A DNA stretch of 64,000 nt, taken from Eledone cirrhosa (taxonomy: Eukaryota). The stretch covers positions 6,882,001 to 6,946,000 of the forward strand of contig OZ024740.1 of NCBI GenBank assembly GCA_964016885.1, in the 5' to 3' direction. Position numbers and translations under genes: made by a program. The notes beneath the pieces are model-generated. The model was not told the DNA's origin and ran no database searches. It saw only the letters and a list, made by a program, of their open reading frames with translations. Positions 36,890 to 49,000 of the stretch are shown piece after piece; the stretch's first letter is position 1; every line of letters starts with the position of its first letter.

Positions 36890-39800
36890 CCCAAAATACT
36901 CAGATCCTAAGGCTGTGTTTGTGAGAGACATTACCCCAAAATACTGAGATCCTTAGACTGTATTTGTGAGAGACATTACCCCAAAATACTCAGATACTAA
37001 GGCAGTGTTTGTGAGAGACATTACCCCAAAATACTGAGATCCTAAGGCTGTATTTGTGAGAGACATTACCCCCCAAAATACTGAGATCCTAAGGCTGTAT
37101 TTGTGAGAGACATTACCACAAAATACTGAGATCCTAAGGCAGTATTTGTGAGAGACATTACCCCAAAATACTGAGATCCTAAGGCTGTATTTGTGAGAGA
37201 CATTACCCCAAAATACTGAGATCCTAAGGCAGTATTTGTGAGAGACATTACCCCAAAATACTCAGATCCTAAGGCAGTATTTGTGAGAGACATTACCCCA
37301 AAATACTGAGATCCTAAGGCAGTATTTGTGAGAGACATTACCCCAAAATACTGAGATCCTAAGGCTGTATTTGTGAGAGACATTACCCCAAAATACTGAG
37401 ATCCTAAGGCAGTATTTGTGAGAGACATTACCCCAAAATACTCAGATCCTAAGGCAGTATTTGTGAGAGACATTACCCCAAAATACTGAGATCCTAAGGC
37501 AGTATTTGTGAGAGACATTACCCCAAAATACTGAGATCCTAAGGCTGTATTTGTGAGAGACATTACCCCAAAATACTCAGATCCTAAGACAGTATTTGTG
37601 AGAGACATTACCCCAAAACACTCAGATCCTAAGGCAGTGTTTGTGAGAGACATTACATCAAAATACTCAGATCCTAAGGCTGTATTTGTGAGAGACATTA
37701 CCCCCAAATACTGAGATCCTAAGGCTGTATTTATGAGAGACATTACCCCAAAATACTCAGATCCTAAGGCTGTATTTGTGAGAGACATTACACCAAAATA
37801 CTCAGATCCTAAGGCTGTATTTATGAGAGACATTACCCCAAAATACTCAGATTCTAAGGCAGTGTTTGTGAGAGACATTACCCCAGAATACTGAGATCCT
37901 AAGGCTGTATTTGTGAGAGACATTACCCCAAAATACTCAGATCCAAAGGGAGTATTTGTGAGAGACATTAGCCCAAAATACTCAGATCCTAAGGCTGTGT
38001 TTGTGAGAGACATTACCCCAAAATACTCAGATCCTAAGGCAGTATTTATGAGAGACATTACGCCAAAATACTGAGATCCTAAGACTGTATTTGTGAGAGA
38101 CATTACCCCAAAATACTCAGATCCTAAGGCAGTGTTTGTGAGAGACATTACCCCAAAATACTGAGATCCTAAGGCTGTATTTGTGAGAGACATTACCCCC
38201 CAAAATACTGAGATCCTAAGGCTGTATTTGTGAGAGACATTACCACAAAATACTCAGATCCTAAGGCAGTATTTGTGAGAGACATTACCCCAAAATACTG
38301 AGATCCTAAGGCAGTATTTGTGAGAGACATTACCCCAAAATACTGAGATCCTAAGGCTGTATTTGTGAGAGACATTACGCCAAAATACTGAGATCCTAAG
38401 GCAGTATTTGTGAGAGACATTACCCCAAAATAGTCAGATCCTAAGGCAGTATTTGTGAGAGACATTACCCCAAAATACTCAGATCCTAAGGCAGTATTTG
38501 TGAGAGACATTACCCCAAAATACTGAGATCCTAAGGCTGTATTTGTGAGAGACATTACCCCAGAATACTCAGATCCTAAGGCAGTAATTGTGAGAGACAT
38601 TACACCAAAATACTCAGATCCTAAGGCTGTATTTGTGAGAGACGTTACCCCAAAATACTCAGATCCTAAGGCAGTATTTGTGAGAGACATTACCCCAAAA
38701 TACTAAGATCCTAAGGCAGTATTTGTGAGAGACATTACCCCAAAATACTCAGATCCTAAGGCAGTATTTGTGAGAGACATTACGCCAAAATACTGAGATC
38801 CTAAGGCAGTATTTGTGAGAGACATTACCCCAAAATACTCAGATCCAAAGGCAGTATTTGTGAGAGACATTACCCCAAAATACTGAGATCCTAAGGCAGT
38901 ATTTGTGAGAGACATTACCCCAAAATACTGAGATCCTAAGGCAGTGTTTGTGAGAGACATTACCCCCAACATACTCAGATCCTAAGGCTGTATTTGTGAG
39001 AGACATTACCCCAAAATACTCAGATCCTAAGGCTGTATTTGTGAGAGACATTACCCCAAAATACTCAGATCCTAAGGCAGTGTTTGTGAGAGATATTACC
39101 CCAAAATACTCAGATTCTAAGGCTGTGTTTGTGAGAGACATTACCCCAAAATACTCAGATCCCAAGGCAGTGTTTGTGAGAGACATTACCCCAAAATACT
39201 CAGATCCTCAGGCTGTGTTTGTGAGAGATATTACCCCAAAATACTCAGATCCTAAGGCAGTGTTTGTGAGAGACATTACACCAAAATACTCAGATCCTAA
39301 GGCAGTGTTTGTGACAGACATTACCCCAAAATACACAGATTCTAAGGCAGTATTTGTGAGCGACATTACCCCAAAATATTCAGATCCTAAGGCAGTGTTT
39401 GTGAGGGACATTACCCCAAAATACTCAGATCCTAAGGCAGTATTTGTGAGAGACATTACCCCAAAATACTCAGATCCTAAGGCAGTATTTGTGAGAGACA
39501 TTACTCCAAAATACTGAGATCCTAAGGCAGTATTTGTGAGAGACATTACCCCAAAATACTGAGATCCTAAGGCAGTATTTGTGAGAGACATTACCCCAAA
39601 ATACTGAGATCCTAAGGCAGTATTTGTGAGAGACATTACCCCAAAATACTCAGATCCTAAGGCAGTATTTGTGAGAGACATTACCCCAAAATACTCAGAT
39701 CCTAAGGTAGTGTTTGTGAGAGACAATACCCCAAAATACTCAGATCCTAAGGCAGTATTTGTGAGAGACATTACTCCAAAATACTGAGATCCTAAGGCAG

Positions 39801-42800
39801 TATTTGTGAGAGACATTACCCCAAAATACTGAGATCCTAAGGCAGTATTTGTGAGAGACATTACCCCAAAATACTGAGATCCTAAGGCAGTATTTGTGAG
39901 AGACATTACCCCAAAATACTCAGATCCTAAGGCAGTATTTGTGAGAGACATTACCCCAAAATACTCAGATCCTAAGGTAGTGTTTGTGAGAGACAATACC
40001 CCAAAATACTCAGATCCTAAGGCAGTATTTGTGAGAGACATTACCCCAAAATACTGAGATCCTAAGGCAGTATTTGTGAGAGACATTACCCCAAAATACT
40101 CAGATCCTAAGCCAGTATTTGTGAGAGACATTACCCCAAAATACTCAGATCCTAAGGCTGTATTTGTGAGAGACATTACCCCAAAATACTGAGATCCTAA
40201 GGCTGTATTTGTGAGAGACATTACCCCAGAATACTCAGATCCTAAGGCAGTAATTGTGAGAGACATTACACCAAAATACTCAGATCCTAAGGCTGTATTT
40301 GTGAGAGACATTACCCCAAAATACTCAGATCCTAAGGCAGTATTTGTGAGAGACATTACCCCAAAATACTAAGATCCTAAGGCAGTATTTGTGAGAGACA
40401 TTACCCCAAAATACTCAGATCCTAAGGCTGTATTTGTGAGAGACATTACCCCAAAATACTCAGATCCTAAGGCAGTATTTGTGAGAGACATCACCCCAAA
40501 ATACTCAGACCCTAAGGCAGTATTTGTGAGAGACATTACCCCAAAATACTGAGATCCTAAGGCTGTATTTGTGAGAGACAATAACCAAAAATACTCAGAT
40601 CCTAAGGCAGTATTTGTGAGAGACATTACCCCAAAATACTCAGATCCTAAGGCAGTGTTTGTGAGAGACATTACGCCAAAATACTCAGATCCTAAGGCTG
40701 TGTTTGTGACAGACATTACCCCAAAATACTGAGATCCTAAGACAGTGTTTGTGAGAGACATTACCCCAAAATACTCACATCCTAAGGCTGTATTTGTGAG
40801 AGACATTACCCCAAAATACTGAGATTCTAAGGCTGTATTTTTGAGAGACATTACCCCAAAATACTCAGATCCTCAGGCTGTATTTTTGGGAGACATTACC
40901 CCAAAATACTCAGATCCTAAGGTAGTATTTGTGAGAGACATTATCCCAAAATACTCAGATCCTAAGGCTGTATTTGTGAGAGACATTACCCCAAAATACT
41001 CAGATCCTAAGGCAGTATTTGTGAGAGACATTACCCCAAAATACTCAGATCCTAAGGCTGTATTTGTGAGAGACATTACCCCAAAATACTGAGATCCTAA
41101 GGCAGTGTTTGTGAGAGACATTAGCCCAAAATACTCAGATCCTAAGGCTGTGTTTGTGAGAGACATTACCCCAAAATACTGAGATCCTTAGACTGTATTT
41201 GTGAGAGACATTACCCCAAAATACTCAGATACTAAGGCAGTGTTTGTGAGAGACATTACCCCAAAATACTGAGATCCTAAGGCTGTATTTGTGAGAGACA
41301 TTACACCCCAAAATACTGAGATCCTAAGGCTGTATTTGTGAGAGACATTACCACAAAATACTGAGATCCTAAGGCAGTATTTGTGAGAGACATTACGCCA
41401 AAATACTGAGATCCTAAGGCAGTATTTGTGAGAGACATTACCCCAAAATACTCAGATCCTAAGGCAGTATTTGTGAGAGACATTACCCCAAAATACTGAG
41501 ATCCTAAGGCAGTATTTGTGAGAGACATTACCCCAAAATACTGAGATCCTAAGGCTGTATTTGTGAGAGACATTACCCCAAAATACTCAGATCCTAAGAC
41601 AGTATTTGTGAGAGACATTACCCCAAAACACTCAGATCCTAAGGCAGTGTTTGTGAGAGACATTACATCAAAATACTCAGATCCTAAGGCTGTATTTGTG
41701 AGAGACATTACCCCCAAATACTGAGATCCTAAGGCTGTATTTATGAGAGACATTACCCCAAAATACTCAGATCCTAAGGCTGTATTTGTGAGAGACATTA
41801 CACCAAAATACTCAGATCCTAAGGCTGTATTTATGAGAGACATTACCCCAAAATACTCAGATTCTAAGGCAGTGTTTGTGAGAGACATTACCCCAGAATA
41901 CTGAGATCCTAAGGCTGTATTTGTGAGAGACATTACCCCAAAATACTCAGATCCAAAGGCAGTATTTGTGAGAGACATTAGCCCAAAATACTCAGATCCT
42001 AAGGCTGTGTTTGTGAGAGACATTACCCCAAAATACTCAGATCCTAAGGCAGTATTTATGAGAGACATTACCCCAAAATACTGAGATCCTAAGACTGTAT
42101 TTGTGAGAGACATTACCCCAAAATACTCAGATCCTAAGGCAGTGTTTGTGAGAGACATTACCCCAAAATACTGAGATCCTAAGGCTGTATTTGTGAGAGA
42201 CATTACCCCCCAAAATACTGAGATCCTAAGGCTGTATTTGTGAGAGACATTACCACAAAATACGCAGATCCTAAGGCAGTATTTGTGAGAGACATTACCC
42301 CAAAATACTGAGATCCTAAGGCAGTATTTGTGAGAGACATTACCCCAAAATACTGAGATCCTAAGGCTGTATTTGTGAGAGACATTACGCCAAAATACTG
42401 AGATCCTAAGGCAGTATTTGTGAGAGACATTACCCCAAAATAGTCAGATCCTAAGGCAGTATTTGTGAGAGACATTACCCCAAAATACTGAGATCCTAAG
42501 GCAGTATTTGTGAGAGACATTACCCCAAAATACTGAGATCCTAAGGCTGTATTTGTGAGAGACATTACCCCAGAATACTCAGATCCTAAGGCAGTAATTG
42601 TGAGAGACATTACACCAAAATACTCAGATCCTAAGGCTGTATTTGTGAGAGACGTTACCCCAAAATACTCAGATCCTAAGGCAGTATTTGTGAGAGACAT
42701 TACCCCAAAATACTAAGATCCTAAGGCAGTATTTGTGAGAGACATTACCCCAAAATACTCAGATCCTAAGGCTGTATTTGTGAGAGACATTACCCCAAAA

Positions 42801-45250
42801 TACTGAGATCCTAAGGCAGTATTTGTGAGAGACATTACCCCAAAATACTGAGATCCTAAGGCTGTATTTGTGAGAGACATTACCCCAGAATACTCAGATC
42901 CTAAGGCAGTAATTGTGAGAGACATTACACCAAAATACTCAGATCCTGAGGCTGTATTTGTGAGAGACATTACCCCAAAATACTCAGATCCTAAGGCAGT
43001 ATTTGTGAGAGACATTACCCCAAAATACTAAGATCCTAAGGCAGTATTTGTGAGAGACATTACCCCAAAATACTCAGATCCTAAGGCAGTATTTGTGAGA
43101 GACATTACGCCAAAATACTGAGATCCTAAGGCAGTATTTGTGAGAGACATTACCCCAAAATACTCAGACCCTAAGGCAGTATTTGTGAGAGACATTACCC
43201 CCAAAATACTGAGATCCTAAGGCAGTATTTGTGAGAGACATTACGCCAAAATACTGAGATCCTAAGGCAGTATTTGTGAGAGACATTACCCCAAAATACT
43301 CAGACCCTAAGGCAGTATTTGTGAGAGACATTACCCCAAAATACTGAGATCCTAAGGCAGTGTTTGTGAGAGACATTACCCCCAACATACTCAGATCCTA
43401 AGGCTGTATTTGTGAGAGACATTACCCCAAAATACTCAGATCCTAAGGCTGTATTTGTGAGAGACATTACCCCAAAATACTCAGATCCTAAGGCAGTGTT
43501 TGTGAGAGATATTACCCCAAAATACTCAGATTCTAAGGCTGTGTTTGTGAGAGACATTACCCCAAAATACTCAGATCCCAAGGCAGTGTTTGTGAGAGAC
43601 ATTACCCCAAAATACTCAGATCCTCAGGCTGTGTTTGTGAGAGATATTACCCCAAAATACTCAGATCCTAAGGCAGTGTTTGTGAGAGACATTACACCAA
43701 AATACTCAGATCCTAAGGCAGTGTTTGTGAGAGATATTACCCCAAAATACTCAGATTCTAAGGCAGTGTTTGTGAGAGATATTACCCCAAAATACTCAGA
43801 TCCTAAGGCAGTATTTGTGAGAGACATTACCCCAAAATACTCAGATCCAAAGGCAGTATTTGTGAGAGACATTACCCCAAAATACTCAGATCCTAAGGCA
43901 GTATTTGTGAGAGACATTACGCCAAAATACTGAGATCCTAAGGCAGTATTTGTGAGAGACATTACCCCAAAATACTCAGATCCTAAGGCTGTATTTGTGA
44001 GAGACATTACCCCAAAATACTCAGATCCAAAGGCAGTATTTGTGAGAGACATTACCCCAAAATACTGAGATCCTAAGGCTGTATTTGTGAGAGACATTAC
44101 GCCAAAATACTGAGATCCTAAGGCAGTATTTGTGAGAGACATTACCCCAAAATACTGAGATCCTAAGGCAGTATTTGTGAGAGACATTACCCCAAAATAC
44201 TGAGATCCTAAGGCAGTATTTGTGAGAGACATTACCCCAAAATACTCAGATCCTAAGCCAGTATTTGTGAGAGACATTACCCCAAAATACTCAGATCCTA
44301 AGGCTGTATTTGTGAGAGACATTACCCCAAAATACTGAGATCCTAAGGCTGTATTTGTGAGAGACATTACCCCAGAATACTCAGATCCTAAGGCAGTAAT
44401 TGTGAGAGACATTACACCAAAATACTCAGATCCTAAGGCTGTATTTGTGAGAGACATTACCCCAAAATACTCAGATCCTAAGGCAGTATTTGTGAGAGAC
44501 ATTACCCCAAAATACTAAGATCCTAAGGCAGTATTTGTGAGAGACATTACCCCAAAATACTCAGATCCTAAGGCTGTATTTGTGAGAGACATTACCCCAA
44601 AATACTCAGATCCTAAGGCAGTATTTGTGAGAGACATCACCCCAAAATACTCAGACCCTAAGGCAGTATTTGTGAGAGACATTACCCCAAAATACTGAGA
44701 TCCTAAGGCTGTATTTGTGAGAGACAATAACCAAAAATACTCAGATCCTAAGGCAGTATTTGTGAGAGACATTACCCCAAAATACTCAGATCCTAAGGCA
44801 GTGTTTGTGAGAGACATTACGCCAAAATACTCAGATCCTAAGGCTGTGTTTGTGACAGACATTACCCCAAAATACTGAGATCCTAAGACAGTGTTTGTGA
44901 GAGACATTACCCCAAAATACTCAGATCCTAAGGCTGTATTTGTGAGAGACATTACCCCAAAATACTGAGATTCTAAGGCTGTATTTTTGAGAGACATTAC
45001 CCCAAAATACTCAGATCCTCAGGCTGTATTTTTGGGAGACATTACCCCAAAATACTCAGATCCTAAGGTAGTATTTGTGAGAGACATTATCCCAAAATAC
45101 TCAGATCCTAAGGCTGTATTTGTGAGAGACATAACCCCAAAATACTCAGATCCTAAGGCAGTATTTGTGAGAGACATTACCCCAAAATACTCAGATCCTA
45201 AGGCTGTATTTGTGAGAGACATTACCCCAAAATACTGAGATCCTAAGGCA
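36890..45250. repeat. Degenerate tandem duplication of about 4.0-4.4 kb with monomer-scale indels
   Basis: Offsets are 4235 (37066/41301), 4010 (38193/42203), 4416 (38996/43412) and 4146 (40369/44515, 40841/44987). Shared rare variants: CCTTAGACTG, AAAACACTCAG, TAGTCAG, TAAGCCAG. Confidence 0.87.
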
Positions 45251-46099
45251 GTGTTTGTGAGAGACATTACGCCAAAATACTCAGATCCTAAGGCTGTATT
45301 TGTGAGCGACATTACCCCAAAATACTCAGATCCTAAGGCTGTATTTGTGAGAGACAATACCCCAAAATACTCAGATCCTAAGGCTGTATTTGTGAGAGAC
45401 AATACCCCAAAATACTCAGATCCTAAGGCAGTATTTGTGAGAGACAATAACCCAAAATACTCAGATCCTAAGGCAGTGTTTGTGAGGGACATTACACAAA
45501 AATACTCAGATCCTAAGGCAGTGTTTGTGAGAGACATTACATCAAAATACTCAGATCCTAAGGCAGTGTTTGTGAGAGATATTACCCCAAAATACTCAGA
45601 TCCTAAGGCAGTGTTTGTGAGAGATATTACCCCAAAATACTCAGATCCTAAGGCAGTGTTTGTGACAGACATTACCCCAAAATACTCAGATCCTAAGGCA
45701 GTATTTGTGAGAGACATTACCCCAAAATACTCAGATCCTAAGGCTGTATTTGTGAGCGACATTACCCCAAAATACTCAGATCCTAAGGCAGTATTTGTGA
45801 GAGACAATACCCCAAAATACTCAGATCCTAAGGCTGTATTTGTGAGAGACAATACCCCAAAATACTCAGATCCTAAGGCAGTATTTGTGAGAGACAATAA
45901 CCCAAAATACTCAGATCCTAAGGCAGTATTTGGGAGAGACATTACCCCCAAAATACTCAGATCCTAAGGCTATATTTGTGAGAGACATTACCCCAAAATA
46001 CTCAGATCCTAAGGCAGTGTTTGTGAGAGACATTACCGCAAAATACTCAGATCCTAAGGCATCGTTTGTGAGAGACATTACCCCAAAATACTCAGATCC

Positions 46100-49000
46100 T
46101 AAGGCTGTGTTTGTGACAGACATTACCCCAAAATACACAGATCCTAAGGTAGTATTTGTGAGAGACATTACCCCAAAATACTCAGATCCTAAGGCAGTGT
46201 TTGTGAGGGACATTACTCAAAAATACTCAGATCCTAAGGCAGTGTTTGTGAGAGACATTACATCAAAATACTCAGATCCTAAGGCAGTGTTTGTGAGAGA
46301 TATTACCCCAAAATACTCAGATCCTAAGGCAGTGTTTGTGAGAGATATTACCCCAAAATACTCAGATCCTAAGGCAGTGTTTGTGACAGACATTACCCCA
46401 AAATACACAGATCCTAAGGCAGTATTTGTGAGAGACATTACCCCAAAATATTCAGATCCTAAGGCAGTGTTTGTGAGGGACATTACCCCAAATTACTCAG
46501 ATCCTAAGGCAGTATTTGTGAGAGACATTACCCCAAAATACTCAGATCCTAAGGCAGTATTTGTGAGAGACATTACCCCAAAATACTGAGATCCTAAGGC
46601 TGTATTTGTGAGAGACATTACACCAAAATACTCAGATCCTAAGGCTGTATTTGTGAGAGACATTACCCCAAAATACTCACATCCTAAGGCAGTATTTGTG
46701 AGAGACATTACCCCAAAATACTCAGACCCTAAGGCAGTATTTGTGAGAGACATTACCCCAAAATACTGAGATCCTAAGGCAGTGTTTGTGAGAGAAATTA
46801 CCCCCAACATACTCAGATCCTAAGGCTGTATTTGTGAGAGACATTACCCCAAAATACTCAGATCCTAAGGCTGTATTTGTGAGAGACATTACCCCAAAAT
46901 ACTCAGATCCTAAGGCTGTATTTGTGAGAGACAATAACCAAAAATACTCAGATCCTAAGGCAGTATTTGTGAGAGACATTACCCCAAAATGCTGAGATAC
47001 TAAGGCTGTATTTGTGAGAGACATTACCACAAAATACTCAGATCCTAAGGCAGTATTTGTGAGAGACATTACGCCAAAATACTGAGCTCCTAAGGCTGTG
47101 TTTGTGAGAGACATTACCCCAAAATACTGAGATCCTAAGGCAGTATTTGTGAGAGACGTTACCCCAAAATACTCAGATCCTAAGGCAGTGTTTGTGAGAG
47201 ACATTACGCCAAAATACTCAGATCCTAAGGCTGTGTTTGCGACAGACATTACCCCAATATACTCAGATCCTAAGAGAGTGTTTGTGAGAGACATTACCCC
47301 AAAATACTCAGATCCTAAGGCAGTATTTGTGAGAGACATTACCCCAAAATACTGAGATCCTAAGGCAGTATTTGTGAGAGACATTACCCCAAAATACTCA
47401 GATCCTAAGCCAGTATTTGTGAGAGACATTACCCCCAAAATACTCAGATCCTAAGGCTGTATTTGTGAGAGACATTACCCCAAAATACTGAGATCCTAAG
47501 GCTGTATTTGTGAGAGACATTACCCCAGAATACTCAGATCCTAAGGCAGTAATTGTGAGAGACATTACACCAAAATACTCAGATCCTAAGGCTGTATTTG
47601 TGAGAGACATTACCCCAAAATACTCAGATCCTAAGGCAGTATTTGTGAGAGACATTACCCCAAAATACTAAGATCCTAAGGCAGTATTTGTGAGAGACAT
47701 TACCCCAAAATACTCAGATCCTAAGGCTGTATTTGTGAGAGACATTACCCCAAAATACTCAGATCCTAAGGCAGTATTTGTGAGAGACATTACCCCAAAA
47801 TACTCAGACCCTAAGGCAGTATTTGTGAGAGACATTACCCCAAAATACTGAGATCCTAAGGCAGTGTTTGTGAGAGACATTACCCCCAACATACTCAGAT
47901 CCTAAGGCTGTATTTGTGAGAGACATTACCCCAAAATACTGAGATCCTAAGGCTGTATTTGTGAGAGACAATAACCAAAAATACTCAGATCCTAAGGCAG
48001 TATTTGTGAGAGACATTACCCCAAAATACTGAGATCCTAAGGCTGTATTTGTGAGAGACATTACCCCAAAATACTCAGATCTTAAGGCAGTATTTGTGAG
48101 AGACATTACGCCAAAATACTGAGCTCCTAAGGCTGTGTTTGTGAGAGACATTACCCCAAAATACTGAGATCCTAAGGCTGAGTTTGTTAGAGACATTACC
48201 CCAAAATACTGAGATCCTAAGGCAGTATTTGTGAGAGACATTACCCCAAAATACTCAGATCCTAAGGCAGTGTTTGTGAGAGACATTACGCCAAAATACT
48301 CAGATCCTAAAGGCTGTGTTTGTGACAGACATTACCCCAATATACTCAGATCCTAAGAGAGTGTTTGTGAGAGACATTACCCCAAAATACTCAGATCCTA
48401 AGGCTGTATTTGTGAGAGACATTACCCCACAATACTGAGATTCTAAGGCTGTATTTTTGAGAGACATTACCCCAAAATACTCAGATCCTCAGGCTGTATT
48501 TGTAGGAGACATTACCCCAAAATACTCAGATCCTAAGGTAGTGTTTGTGAGAGACATTATCCCAAAATACTCAGATCCTAAGGCTGTATTTGTGAGACAC
48601 ATTACCCCAAAATACTCAGATCCTAAGGCAGTATTTGTGAGAGACATTACCCCAAAATACTCAGATCCTAAGGCTGTATTTGTGAGAGACATTACCCCAA
48701 AATACTGAGATCCTAAGGCAGTGTTTGTGAGAGACATTACGCCAAAATACTCAGATCCTAAGGCAGTGTTTGTGACAGACATTACCCCAAAATACACAGA
48801 TACTAAGGCAGTATTTGTGAGAGACATTACCCCAAAATACTCAGATCAGATCCTAAGGCAGTATTTGTGAGGGACATTACCCCAAAATACTCAGATCCTA
48901 AGGCAGTATTTGTGAGAGACATTACCCCAAAATACTCAGATCCCAAGGCAGTGTTTGTGAGAGACATTACCCCAAAATACTCAGATCCTAAGGCTGTGTT

